Assembly: GCA_963767005.1 (NCBI GenBank)
Contig: CAVYCN010000002.1
Coordinates: 64,001 to 128,000, forward strand
DNA length: 64,000 nt
From: an uncultured Actinomycetes bacterium
Lineage (GTDB): Bacteria; Actinomycetota; Thermoleophilia; UBA2241
Reading direction: 5' to 3'
Shown here: piece by piece, positions 27,273-40,729 of the stretch
Layout of the letters: every line of letters starts with the position of its first letter
How positions within the stretch are numbered: the stretch's first letter is position 1
The notes under the pieces: model-generated
Told to the model about the DNA's origin: nothing
What the model saw: the letters and a program-made list of their open reading frames with translations, nothing else
Databases searched by the model: none
Translations under genes and position numbers: made by a program

Positions 27273-28595
27273 TTGGCCGGGCCGGACGGCGGCGGGTACG
27301 ACCGTCGCGTGCTCGTGGCGAGCCTCGTCCTGCAGTTCGCGGCGGGGCTGCTGCTGGGCCACTCCTACGACACCCGCGTGTTCCTGGCCACGGGCTACCT
27401 CGTGGGCCACGGTCTCGACCCGTACGTCGCCCGCGATCTCGCCGCGGTGTTCCCCCACGCCGGCTTCGGGGCGAGCGCCACGATCGGCTACCCGCCGCCC
27501 TGGCCGCTCGCGCTCGGCCTGATCGAGCGCATCGTCGCGGCGCTGACCGGGTCGCTGCTCGTCTACGACCTGGCGATCAAGCTGCCGGTGATCGCCGCGA
27601 ACGTCGGCCTTGCGTACCTGGCCGCGGCCGTCCTGCGCCGCCGCGGCGCGGCGGTCGCGGCGCGGCGCGCCTGGACCTTTCTGCTGCTCAACCCGCTCCT
27701 GCTGTTCGTCGGGGCGGGCTGGGGCGAGATCGACGCGATCGTCGCGTTTTTGTCGCTCGCGGCGCTCTGGCTGCTCGAGCGGCGCCGCGCCGACGCCTCG
27801 GCCCTGCTGCTCGCGCTCGCCGTCTGCGTCAAGCCGATCGCCCTGCCGCTCGTGCCCGCGGCGCTCGCCTGGATCGCGTTCGGCGGCCGCGCCGCCCGCG
27901 ACGAGCAGGCGGCGCTGCGGCCGCGACTCGGCCGGGCGGCGCGCTACGGCGCGCTCTGGCTGGGTGGCGTGCTGCTGCTCTACGTGGCGCCCTTCTTCGC
28001 CTTCGGTTGGAGCCGGGCGCCCTTCACCCAGCGTCTGAACGCGCACTTCGTGAGTCGCGGCGGCCTGTCGTTCATGACCGTCGTGCGGCTCGTGCGCGAC
28101 CCGACGCTCATGCAGGGCCGCTGGTGGCTCCTCGGCCTGCTCTGGGTGCCGGCCCTCGTCCTTGCGACGGTCGCCTTGCGGCGCGGCGACGGCGACCTCG
28201 AGGACCTGCTCCGCAAAGGCAGCGCCCTCGTGCTCGTCGTCCTGCTCGCGCGCGCCTGGGTGGCCGAGCCCAACACCGTGCTGCCGCTGGCGCTCCTCAC
28301 CGTGCTCGCCGGGCTCGGCGCCCTGGACCATCGCGCTCTCACGGCGACCTGGGTGCTGCCGCTCGCCTTCGCCGTGCTGAACGCGGCGCCGCTGCAGCTC
28401 CTCTGGCTGTCGTGGCCGGGCCTCATGGCACGCCTGCTCGGCGACGTCGGCCGCTACGGTCAGGCGACCCTCGTGGCGCGCGCGGCGGTCGTCGTGGCCT
28501 GGCAGGCCGCCGGCTGGTGGATCGTCTGGCGGTGCCTGCGGCGACCGCGGGTCGCCGTCGCACCGGTCCCCGGTGCGCGTGAGGCGGCCGCGTGA
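27273..28595 (+). CDS. polytopic GT-C fold glycosyltransferase (GT87/PIG-M-like)
   Basis: HSYD, GYPP, KLP, LLNP..GWGEID, VKP motifs and about 10 TM helices. Confidence 0.7.
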   Translation: MAGPDGGGYDRRVLVASLVLQFAAGLLLGHSYDTRVFLATGYLVGHGLDPYVARDLAAVFPHAGFGASATIGYPPPWPLALGLIERIVAALTGSLLVYDLAIKLPVIAANVGLAYLAAAVLRRRGAAVAARRAWTFLLLNPLLLFVGAGWGEIDAIVAFLSLAALWLLERRRADASALLLALAVCVKPIALPLVPAALAWIAFGGRAARDEQAALRPRLGRAARYGALWLGGVLLLYVAPFFAFGWSRAPFTQRLNAHFVSRGGLSFMTVVRLVRDPTLMQGRWWLLGLLWVPALVLATVALRRGDGDLEDLLRKGSALVLVVLLARAWVAEPNTVLPLALLTVLAGLGALDHRALTATWVLPLAFAVLNAAPLQLLWLSWPGLMARLLGDVGRYGQATLVARAAVVVAWQAAGWWIVWRCLRRPRVAVAPVPGAREAAA

Positions 28596-29509
28596 GCTGG
28601 TCGGCGGAGATCGGCGAGGGACTGTCGCTGGTGCTGGCGCGCGCGGCGCCGGGACCGCCGCGCGCGGCCGGCGCGGCTGCGCTGCCGGGCGCTGCCGGCT
28701 CACCGGCCGGTGAAAGCCCCAGCTCGCCCGGCACGACCGCTCCGTACTCGACCGCGCGGCTGCGCCGCGGACTGCTGCTGATGGACGGCGGCGCGGACCT
28801 GTCGGAGGAGGGCGTCGGGTTCGGCGTGCCGGTGGTCAAGCGCGGCCGCGAGACGCTGTTCCCGGGCGCGCTCGAGGTGATCGAGCTGTCCTTTGGGTCG
28901 CGGCCGCGGCTCGTCGCGCTGTACACGCTCGACCTCGTCGAGCGTCTGCGTGGGGCGGGCGGCGATGTGGTGGATCGGCGCGGCCTGTACGGCGCCAAGG
29001 ACGCGCTGGCCGCGCTGCACCGGCGGGCGCCGGCTCTGCGCGGCCCGCTCACGACGGTCTCGAGCCTGCTGCGCGCCAGCCTGGGCTGGACGACGGTGTA
29101 CGAGCGCGCCGGCGCCACCGCGGGCACGGTCGCCGTCGCCTGGGTGGTCGACCCGGCCGGCGGCGTGCTCACGGTGGACGTCGACCTGACCGGTCTCGCG
29201 CCCGACGTCGGTGAGGCGGTCGTGATGAACGAGCAGGGCGCACGCTGCTTCGACGGCTACGTCGAGGACGGCGGTGCGCCGCGCGACGCAGCCGGAGTCG
29301 CCACCTGGGACAGGGTCCGGGCGCCACGGGCCGCCTTCGTGAGCGGCGGCCGCCGGGTCGCCTTCTGGGCCCTGCCGGCCGACGGCGCCCGCCTGTACCG
29401 CGGTCGCGAGCTGGTCGGCGCGCGCCTGGCGTGGGCGGGCTTCGGCTACTCGGTATCGCCCGCGGTCGGCCGTCTGCGCTACGAGATCGCCGTGGAACGG
29501 CTGGCGTGA
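28592..29509 (+). CDS. hypothetical protein (soluble, beta-rich)
   Basis: GTGA-coupled to the upstream GT; motif-like segments EEGVGFGVPV, MNEQGA, YRGRE..LAWAGFGY. Confidence 0.65.
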   Translation: MSWSAEIGEGLSLVLARAAPGPPRAAGAAALPGAAGSPAGESPSSPGTTAPYSTARLRRGLLLMDGGADLSEEGVGFGVPVVKRGRETLFPGALEVIELSFGSRPRLVALYTLDLVERLRGAGGDVVDRRGLYGAKDALAALHRRAPALRGPLTTVSSLLRASLGWTTVYERAGATAGTVAVAWVVDPAGGVLTVDVDLTGLAPDVGEAVVMNEQGARCFDGYVEDGGAPRDAAGVATWDRVRAPRAAFVSGGRRVAFWALPADGARLYRGRELVGARLAWAGFGYSVSPAVGRLRYEIAVERLA

Positions 29510-29564
29510 TGCCCGCCGACCGACGTCCGCGTGGCGAGCGCCGCTCCCGTCCGGGCCGGTCGGC

Positions 29565-30941
29565 GTGACCTCGGTGCTGCTCATCTATCCGTTCTTCCGG
29601 CCGCGGCGCGACCGCTCGCGCTTTCGCTTTCCGCCGCTGGGCCCGGCCTACGTCGCGGCGGCCCTGCGCGCGGCGGGCCACGAGGTCGACCTGCTCGACT
29701 GCACGTTCCTGACCCGCGACCAGGCGCTCGCCAGGGCGCGGGCGTCGGGGGCGAGCGTCGTGGGCGTGTCGACGCTGGCGACGCTCGCCTCCGACGCCCT
29801 CTGGTTCGCCGAGCGGCTGCGCGGTCGCTGCGACCTGCTCGTGGCCGGCGGCCCGCTTGCGACCTGCGAGCCCTGGTCGTTCCTGACCCGCTTCGACGCC
29901 ATCGTGCGCGGCGAGGGCGAGACGACGATGTGCGAGCTCGTGGCCGCGTTCGCCGCTGGTCGCGACCTCGCTGGGGTGCCGGGCGTCGTGACCGCGGCGG
30001 GCGCGGCGGGCGCCGCCGGTGACCCTGAGCCCGCTACCCAGCCTCCGGCCGTGCCCCGTCCGCTCGCCCCGGACCTCGACGCGCTGCCGTTCCCGGCGCG
30101 CGACCTGCTGCCCAACGCCGACTACATCGCCAGCGCCCGCGCGCACCGCGGCGCCGCCGTCACGACGGTGATGAGCACGCGCGGCTGTCCGTTTACCTGC
30201 GAGTTCTGCAGCAACGTGGTGTTCGGCCGCACGTACCGTGCGCGCTTGCCGGGCGGCGTGGTCGACGAGGTCGAGCAGGCGCTCGCCCTGGGTTACGACC
30301 GCATCGCGTTCGCCGACGACGTCTTTACGCTCGACCACGGCCGGGTGCGCGCGATCTGCGACGAGATCGCCCGCCGCGGTCTGCGCTTCGCCTGGGAGTG
30401 CCTGGGCCGGGCCGACACGGTCGACGACGAGGTCGCCGGCCGGCTGGCCGCGGCCGGCTGCGACACGATCTTCTTCGGCCTCGAGTCGGGCAACGACGGC
30501 GTCCTGCGGCTCATGGACAAGCGGATCACGACGGCCCAGGGGCGCGTCGCCGTGGCGGCCGCGCGGCGCGCCGGCCTGAAGGTCGGCGCCTTCTTCATCC
30601 TCTACTATCCCGGCGAGTCCGACGACACCGTGCTGGACACGCTGCGCTACGCCCGCTCTCTGCCGCTCGACTACGTCGGCCTGAGTATGCCGTATCCGCT
30701 GCCGAGCACCCGCCTCGCCGAGCGCGTCGGCCGGCCGACGCGCCAGTGGCGTCAGCGCGGCGGCCTGCTCGGCGACCACAGCCTGCTCTTCGACACCGGC
30801 GTGCCGGCCGCCAGGGTGCGGGCCGCGATCGCCAAGGGCCAGGTCGAGCACCTCATCGCACGCCGGCTCGGGCCGCTCTCGCCGCTCGCCCTGCGGGCGT
30901 TCGCGGCACCGACCGACGCGCTGCTGCGCCGCGTTCCCTGA
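29565..30941 (+). CDS. B12-binding radical SAM protein (A)
   Basis: N-terminal PPLG..GGP..RGEGE Cbl-binding domain; TRGCPFTCEFC; DD.FT; GLESG. Confidence 0.9.
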   Translation: MTSVLLIYPFFRPRRDRSRFRFPPLGPAYVAAALRAAGHEVDLLDCTFLTRDQALARARASGASVVGVSTLATLASDALWFAERLRGRCDLLVAGGPLATCEPWSFLTRFDAIVRGEGETTMCELVAAFAAGRDLAGVPGVVTAAGAAGAAGDPEPATQPPAVPRPLAPDLDALPFPARDLLPNADYIASARAHRGAAVTTVMSTRGCPFTCEFCSNVVFGRTYRARLPGGVVDEVEQALALGYDRIAFADDVFTLDHGRVRAICDEIARRGLRFAWECLGRADTVDDEVAGRLAAAGCDTIFFGLESGNDGVLRLMDKRITTAQGRVAVAAARRAGLKVGAFFILYYPGESDDTVLDTLRYARSLPLDYVGLSMPYPLPSTRLAERVGRPTRQWRQRGGLLGDHSLLFDTGVPAARVRAAIAKGQVEHLIARRLGPLSPLALRAFAAPTDALLRRVP

Positions 30942-30944
30942 AGG

Positions 30945-32285
30945 TCAGGAAGCCGCCGAGGGCGACCCGGCGCGCCGGCGCGCCGCTCGCCCTGAGCGCC
31001 GCGCGGCGAACGCGGCCATGGTCTCGGCCACGCGGCGGCGCAGCCAGGCCTCGTCGAACGCGGAGTTGTACACGAAGGTGATGTCGTTCTCCTCGCGCCA
31101 GTCGCGGCCGTCGTCGGGGCCGCCGAGGCGCGTGAACAGCGCCGAGCCCGGCAGCGGGTAGGGCACGTTGAACGAGATCTCGTCGAGCGGCAGGCGCAGG
31201 GCCAGCTCGAACGTCTGTTCTACCTCGGTGCGCGTCTCGCCCGGATAGCCCACGATGAAGAAGGCGGCGACCTCGATACCGGCCGCGCGATACAGGCGCA
31301 CCGCGCGCTTGCCGTCGGCGACACTGACCCGCTTGTTCATGAGCTCGAGCGTCGCCGCGCTGCCCGACTCGAGGCCGAGGTAGACGCGGCGGCAGCCGGC
31401 CTCGTGCATGAGGCGCGCGGTGCCGGGCGCGAAGCCCTCGGCGCGCGCGAGGCACGACCAGGTCATGCCGCGGCCGATCATGCCGCGGCAGAAGGCTTCG
31501 AGGTACGCCCGGCTCAGGGTGAACGTGTCGTCGGCGATCCAGAGGCCGTCGTACCCGAGAGAGCGGAGGTCTTCGATCTCCGCCAGGACGCTGTCGAGCC
31601 GGCGGCGGCGCACGACGTCGCCGAAGATCGGCTTGGAGCAGAAGTCGCACGAGAACGGGCAGCCGAGCGTGGCGATGATCGAGGTCGTGCGCACGCCGGT
31701 CGTGCGCAGCCACTCCGCCTGGTAGGCGGCGTGGTCGAAGTCGCTGCGATCGGGCGTGGGGAAGCCGTGCAGCTCGGCCTCGCCGAGGTGCACGGCGGGG
31801 TTGTCGACGGGCCGGCCGTGGTCGGGGACGAAGAGGCCGTCGTAGCCGTCGAGCGGCAGGCGGGCCAGCGCCGCCGCCGTCGAACGCCGGCCCGGCCAGT
31901 CGGCGCAGAACCGCGGGAAGCTCAGGTCGGCCTCGCCGCGGAAGACCGCGTCGAAGCGCGCGCCGAAGCGCCGCGGGAACACGGTGGGGAGGGGGCCACC
32001 GGCCACGAGCAGGGCGTCGGGCAGCTCCTCGCGCACGAGGTCAGCCACGGCGAACGTCGAGCGCGTCAGGCTCACCATCGACGAGACGCCGACGATGTCC
32101 GGCCGCCACGCGACGAGCTCGGCGCGCAGGCGCTCGAGGGTCGAGAAGGTGCAGTCGAAGACCTTCGTCTCGATGGCGCGCCGGCGCAGCTGCGCGGCCA
32201 GGGTGGCCACGCCGAGCGGCGGGAACAGCAGCTCGGTCACCGATCTCGTGCGAAAGTACGGAAAGACGAGCGCCACCCGCGCCAT
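30945..32285 (-). CDS. B12-binding radical SAM protein (B)
   Basis: PPLG, GGPLPT, RGEAD; TLGCPFSCDFC; ADDTFT; GLESG; GYPGET. Confidence 0.9.
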   Translation of the reverse strand: MARVALVFPYFRTRSVTELLFPPLGVATLAAQLRRRAIETKVFDCTFSTLERLRAELVAWRPDIVGVSSMVSLTRSTFAVADLVREELPDALLVAGGPLPTVFPRRFGARFDAVFRGEADLSFPRFCADWPGRRSTAAALARLPLDGYDGLFVPDHGRPVDNPAVHLGEAELHGFPTPDRSDFDHAAYQAEWLRTTGVRTTSIIATLGCPFSCDFCSKPIFGDVVRRRRLDSVLAEIEDLRSLGYDGLWIADDTFTLSRAYLEAFCRGMIGRGMTWSCLARAEGFAPGTARLMHEAGCRRVYLGLESGSAATLELMNKRVSVADGKRAVRLYRAAGIEVAAFFIVGYPGETRTEVEQTFELALRLPLDEISFNVPYPLPGSALFTRLGGPDDGRDWREENDITFVYNSAFDEAWLRRRVAETMAAFAARRSGRAARRRAGSPSAAS

Positions 32286-32454
32286 GCGACCCCTCGTGCT
32301 CGCGTTGCGACGGCCCCGGGCGCCGGCCGGACGCCCCCTGTTCCGTCACGTCCCGCTCATGATAGAGGGCGGTAAACGCCAAACGACGCCGGTCGCCCAT
32401 CGTAGACTGCCGCCGACGGTCACGTCCGTGACCTTGCGCGAAGGGGGCGATTGC

Positions 32455-36152
<3,698 letters not shown>

Positions 36153-36263
36153 GAGCGCCCGCTCAGGGGGGCGGGGTGGCAGCCAAGTCAGGGCCGGCGA
36201 GGCGTAGACGATGACCGTGGCCCGGTAGCTGGGGCGGGCAGAAGAGCAACCCGGGAGAGCTCG

Positions 36264-36304
36264 ACGAACGGTGTTCTTGACAAACGGCGTTCGTGAGCTA
36301 CCAT
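36264..36304 (+). promoter_or_regulatory. tetR promoter with two tandem palindromic operators
   Basis: TTGACA (36277-82)-16-TACCAT (36299-304); ACGAAC-ggt-GTTCTT and ACAAAC-ggc-GTTCGT dyads flank and overlap the -35. Confidence 0.7.
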
Positions 36305-36310
36305 GGGCTC

Positions 36311-36991
36311 ATGGCAACGCCCACGTCACATCACGTCGTCAGCCGCCGGACACGTCCCGCCAAGAGTCCTCTGAGCCAGGAGGCGATCGTCTCGACGGCG
36401 CTGGACCTGCTCTCTCGTGAGGGCATGGCGGGTCTGAGCCTGCGCAAGGTGGCGGCCGCCCTCGACACCGGCGCCGCCTCGCTCTACGTCTACGTGGCCA
36501 ACCTCGACGAGCTGCACGCCCTGGTCCTCGACAGGGTGCTCGGCGAGGTCGCTACACCGCCGGAGCAGGACGGCGATTGGCGCTACCGGCTCAAGGCCAC
36601 GCTGCGCTCGTACTCGGAGGCTCTCTATGCCCGTCCCGGGCTGGCGCAGGTCGCGCTGTCCACCATCCCCTCGGGCCCGAACATGGTGGAGCTCACCGAG
36701 TCACTGCTCGGTCTGCTCGAACAAGGCGGAGTAGAGGCCGGCCGAGCGGCGTGGGCGGTCGACCTGCTGTTGCTCCACACCTCCGCCTTCGCGGCGGAGC
36801 GAGACAACCGGCGCAGTACCGACGATGAGATCGCGCTGCACAGGGCGCAGGAAGCGCTCGGCTCCGTCTCTCCGCAGCAGCATCCGCACATTCACGCCCT
36901 GGGTCCCGATCTCTTCTCTGGTGATCAGAGCCGCTACGACTGGGGCCTCGACGTCCTCATCAACGGAGTGCTGGGCACGCCGCGACCGTAG
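36311..36991 (+). CDS. TetR/AcrR family transcriptional regulator
   Basis: LSQEAIV..AL, LSLRKVA..L..GAASLY.YV HTH; TetR_C-like C-terminus. Confidence 0.92.
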   Translation: MATPTSHHVVSRRTRPAKSPLSQEAIVSTALDLLSREGMAGLSLRKVAAALDTGAASLYVYVANLDELHALVLDRVLGEVATPPEQDGDWRYRLKATLRSYSEALYARPGLAQVALSTIPSGPNMVELTESLLGLLEQGGVEAGRAAWAVDLLLLHTSAFAAERDNRRSTDDEIALHRAQEALGSVSPQQHPHIHALGPDLFSGDQSRYDWGLDVLINGVLGTPRP

Positions 36992-37041
36992 CTCCGCGGC
37001 GGGCTCGCCCCGCTGTCATGATCAAGAAGGAGACCACGACC

Positions 37042-38505
37042 ATGGATACATCGCGCTCCAAGACCGCACTCTCGACCCGGACCATGTGGGCGATCCTCGC
37101 CGTCGTCATCATCGCCGACGTCATGGACCTGCTCGACGCCAGCATCACCAACATCGCCGCGCCCTCCATCGTCCGTGAGCTCGGCGGCGGCGAGACATTG
37201 ATCAAGTGGCTCGGATCGAGCTACGCACTTGCCATGGGAGTGCTGCTGGTGATCGGCGGGCGGCTCGGCGACAGGTACGGGCAGCGTCGCCTGTTCCTCG
37301 TCGGTATCGGCGGATTCACGCTCGCGTCGGTGGCATGCGGCCTGTCGGTGAGCCCCGCCATGCTCATCTCGGCTCGCCTCTGCCAGGGCGCGTTCGGCGC
37401 GCTGCTCATCCCCCAGGGCATCGCCATCATGACCTCGCACTTCACGCGCGCGATGATGGACAAGGCCTTCAGCTTCTTCGGCCCGGCGCTCGGCCTCGCC
37501 ATGGTCGGCGGCCCGATCCTGGCCGGTTTTCTGATCGACGCCAATATCGCCGGCACCGGCTGGCGCGCGATGTTCCTCATCAACCTCGTGTTGGGCACGA
37601 TCGGCTTTGCCGTCGCACTTCGCGTGTTGCCACGCGACGCCGGCGACAAGGGCGTCATCCTGGATGGCATCGGCGCGAGCCTGCTCGGCGTGACGATGTT
37701 CGGGCTCCTCTTCGGTCTGATCGAGGGCTCGAGCAACGGCTGGACGGTGCTGCCGTACGTCTCCATCACCGCCGGCCTGCTCGGCTTCATGGCGTTCTGC
37801 TACCGGCAGAAGACGGCGAAGAACCCGCTGATCAAGCCCTCGCTGCTGGCCAACCGCGGATTTACCTCCGGACTGATCATGGGTCTTGCGCTCTTCTCCG
37901 CCGTCGGCGGGGTCTTCTACGTCATCTCACTCTTCCTGCAACTGGGCCTCGGCTTGACTCCGTCGCACGCGGCCCTGAGCCTGGTGCCGGTGGCACTCGG
38001 CATCGTCGTGTCCTCCGTGATCGCCATGGCGCTGATCGCCAGACTCGGCCGCCTGCTGATCTTCTGCGGCCTGCTCGTCTCCCTGACCGGGACGGGCTGG
38101 CTCCTCGCCCTCGTTTTCGGCGAGGGGGTGAGCGTCGGCCTGTGGGCCGTGGCGCCGGCGCTGTTCGTCATGGGCTTCGGCTTCGGCACCTGCTTCGGGA
38201 CTCTCTTCGACGTCGCGCTCGGCGACATTCGTCCCAGCGAGGCGGGCAGCGCCAGCGGCTCGCTGAGCGCCATCCAGCAGCTCGCCTCCGCGATCGGCGC
38301 GGCTGCCATAACGACCGTGTACTTCAGGACATTGGCGGCCTCGGGCCAGGCCCACGCGATGACGATCAGTCTCGTCGTCGTGCTTGTCGTCATCGTCGTC
38401 TGCGGCGGACTTGTGTGGTTGCTGCCGCGGGCTGCCAGGGCGGCTGAAGACCACCTGGTGGAGGCTCTTGGGGACGAGGCCGGCGGGAGCCCGGCTCAAC
38501 GATAG
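37042..38505 (+). CDS. MFS drug:H+ antiporter (DHA2, 14-TM)
   Basis: MDLLDASITNIAAPSI, GGRLGDRYGQRR, ARLCQG.FGALLIPQ, WRAMFLIN; RBS aaggag. Confidence 0.92.
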   Translation: MDTSRSKTALSTRTMWAILAVVIIADVMDLLDASITNIAAPSIVRELGGGETLIKWLGSSYALAMGVLLVIGGRLGDRYGQRRLFLVGIGGFTLASVACGLSVSPAMLISARLCQGAFGALLIPQGIAIMTSHFTRAMMDKAFSFFGPALGLAMVGGPILAGFLIDANIAGTGWRAMFLINLVLGTIGFAVALRVLPRDAGDKGVILDGIGASLLGVTMFGLLFGLIEGSSNGWTVLPYVSITAGLLGFMAFCYRQKTAKNPLIKPSLLANRGFTSGLIMGLALFSAVGGVFYVISLFLQLGLGLTPSHAALSLVPVALGIVVSSVIAMALIARLGRLLIFCGLLVSLTGTGWLLALVFGEGVSVGLWAVAPALFVMGFGFGTCFGTLFDVALGDIRPSEAGSASGSLSAIQQLASAIGAAAITTVYFRTLAASGQAHAMTISLVVVLVVIVVCGGLVWLLPRAARAAEDHLVEALGDEAGGSPAQR

Positions 38506-38549
38506 AAGGGGTTGCGACAAGAGCTCGTCGCCCGCCGGTGGCAACGGGC

Positions 38550-38720
38550 TCATGTGCTCCCCGAAGTGTTCTCCGCCCGGGCGGCGATCGCCAGATCTCC
38601 CGAGCGCCCGCCGGCTGCCTGCGCGGTGAGGTTCTGGAAGATCGGCGGCATCAGGCCGGCGCCGGCGCCCTGCAGGACTCGAAAGGCGATCGGACTGTCC
38701 ACATTCCAGGCCAGGCCTTC
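38550..38720 (-). pseudogene. internal fragment of a second DHA2/EmrB-type MFS gene
   Basis: The minus-strand frame reads EGLAWNVDSPIAFRVLQGAGAGLMPPIFQNLTAQAAGGR (MFS TM4 RxxQG motif), has no start codon and stops early. Confidence 0.7.
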
Positions 38721-38902
38721 TCAATCCCCTAGCAAGCCGAGGCCGCCGCGTCGGACGGTGTGATCCGCCGCGCCTTCAAGCACGGCATCGCCTTCTCGGG
38801 GGACTCCGCGGATGTTGCGCAGACGCCGCGATGACGGACATGGATGGCGATCTGCCCGCCGATGCCGCACACTTCTGGTCACCCGACGAAAGGAAGCTCC
38901 TC

Positions 38903-39913
38903 ATGCGCGCACGGCAACTCGGCTCCAGCGGACCTCGCGTCTCCGCCCTCGGCCTCGGCTGTATGGGGATGTCCGGAGTCTACGGCCCTGCCGACGAGAC
39001 GGAGAGCATCGCCACCATCCACGCCGCGCTCGACGCGGGCGTCACCCTGCTGGACACCGGCGACTTCTACGGCATGGGTCACAACGAGCTGCTCATCGGC
39101 CGGGCGCTTAAGGGCCGGGAACGAGGCGAGGTGACGATCAGCGTCAAGTTCGGTGCGCAGCGTGACCCGGACGGCGGCTGGCTCGGCTACGACGCCCGTC
39201 CGGCCGCGGTCAAGACGGCCCTTGCCTACACGCTGCGCCGGCTCGGCAGCGACTACGTCGACGTCTATCGGCCAGCGCGGCTCGACCCCGCGGTGCCGAT
39301 CGAGGACACCGTCGGCGCGATCGCCGAGCTGGTGCAGGCCGGTCACGTGCGCCACGTGGGGCTCTCCGAGGTCGGCGTCGACACCATCCGGCGCGCTCAC
39401 GCCGTGCACCCGATCAGCGACCTGCAGATCGAGTACTCGCTGGTCTCCCGCGGCATCGAAGAGGATATCCTGCCCACGTGCCGGGAGCTGGGCATCGCCG
39501 TCACCGCCTACGGCGTGCTGTCGCGTGGGCTGCTCAGCGGCGCCTGGTCGGCCGGTCACGAGATGGCCGGCGGCGACATGCGGGCGCACATGCCGCGCTT
39601 CCAGGGCGAGAACCTGACCCGTAACCTGGCCCTGGTCGAACGGCTGCGGAGCGTCGCCGAGGAGATGGGCGCGAGCGCGGCACAGGTGGCGATCGCCTGG
39701 GTGTCGTCCCGCGGCGAAGGCATCGTCCCGCTGGTCGGTGCACGGCGTCGGGGGCAGCTGGCTGAGGCCCTGCCGGCTCTCGACCTCGTGCTGTCGGCCG
39801 CGCAGCTGGCCCGGATCGAGGCCGCTGCGCCGGCAGGTGCCGTCGCCGGTGAGCGCTACGCGCCCGCGCAGATGGCGACGCTGGACAGCGAACGCCCGGC
39901 GACGGGAAAGTGA
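38903..39913 (+). CDS. aldo/keto reductase
   Basis: LGLGCMGMS..YG, LDTGDFYG.GHNE, VGLSE, QIEYSL; RBS aagga. Confidence 0.93.
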   Translation: MRARQLGSSGPRVSALGLGCMGMSGVYGPADETESIATIHAALDAGVTLLDTGDFYGMGHNELLIGRALKGRERGEVTISVKFGAQRDPDGGWLGYDARPAAVKTALAYTLRRLGSDYVDVYRPARLDPAVPIEDTVGAIAELVQAGHVRHVGLSEVGVDTIRRAHAVHPISDLQIEYSLVSRGIEEDILPTCRELGIAVTAYGVLSRGLLSGAWSAGHEMAGGDMRAHMPRFQGENLTRNLALVERLRSVAEEMGASAAQVAIAWVSSRGEGIVPLVGARRRGQLAEALPALDLVLSAAQLARIEAAAPAGAVAGERYAPAQMATLDSERPATGK

Positions 39914-39934
39914 CACAGGCGACGGAGGCGCGAC

Positions 39935-40576
39935 ATGACCGCAAGACCACTCGAGACCCTTGAGCCCATAGCGCTGCCGGCGCCCGTGCTCGACGGTGGC
40001 CGGACTCTTCTCGAAGCGTTGAAGATGAGACGCACGTCGCGCGACATCAGCGGCGAGAAGATCCCCCTGCAGGCCCTGTCGGACATCCTCTGGGCCGGGC
40101 AGGGCGTCAATCGCGCGACGGGACCGTTCGGAGATCCCGGGAGAACGGCCGGATCGGCAAGCAACTCACAGGAGATCCGTGTCTATGTCCTCATGGAGGA
40201 GGGTACCTACCTGTACGAGCCCGGGCCGCACCGGCTGGCTCCGATCGCCGCCGGCGACATCCGTCGTCTTGCGATAGGGCGCGGGCAGCAAGACGCGGGG
40301 GCGCAAGCCCCAGTACGCCTCGTCTACGTGGTCGACATCGAGCGATTCCGGCACGCCGGGTTCCCGGAACCCGGCCTCTTCGATCCGGATGTCCAGAAAT
40401 CCTATTACTTCGTCGACACCGGCCTCGTCGCGCAGAACGTGTATCTGGCGGCGGCTGCGGCGGGTCTGGGCGCCTGGTTCCACAACTGCGACAAGGAAGC
40501 GTTCGAGCAAGCGGTCGGTTTGGGGCCCGATCTGAGGCCCGTCTTCGGGCAGACGATCGGCTACGCCAGCGAGTAG
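39935..40576 (+). CDS. nitroreductase family (SagB-like) flavoprotein
   Basis: LP.P..GG..L.EAL..RRTSR, LWAG.GVNR, RTA.SA.N.QEI, DTG.VAQNVYL.A. Confidence 0.85.
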   Translation: MTARPLETLEPIALPAPVLDGGRTLLEALKMRRTSRDISGEKIPLQALSDILWAGQGVNRATGPFGDPGRTAGSASNSQEIRVYVLMEEGTYLYEPGPHRLAPIAAGDIRRLAIGRGQQDAGAQAPVRLVYVVDIERFRHAGFPEPGLFDPDVQKSYYFVDTGLVAQNVYLAAAAAGLGAWFHNCDKEAFEQAVGLGPDLRPVFGQTIGYASE

Positions 40577-40729
40577 CGGGCCCAGATCAGGTGATGATGT
40601 GTTCCTGGTCTGCTGCCCCTTGCTGGACAGCTCGCAAGCGGACGCCGCGCACCGAGGTGCCCCGTAAAATACGTCCTCGGCGGCGCGAGACGCGGCGTCG
40701 GGCAGAAGTCGCGCGAGCGGGAGGTCGGG

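Noticed and set aside
32286-32454. Cobalamin riboswitch upstream of the B12 radical SAM genes
   Set aside because: No B12-box or other conserved aptamer elements are visible; the region is short and occupied by divergent promoter-like hexamers.
36264-36294. GAAC..GTTC dyads as LexA boxes
   Set aside because: The spacer is 3 nt rather than 4, and the position fits autoregulation by the adjacent TetR.
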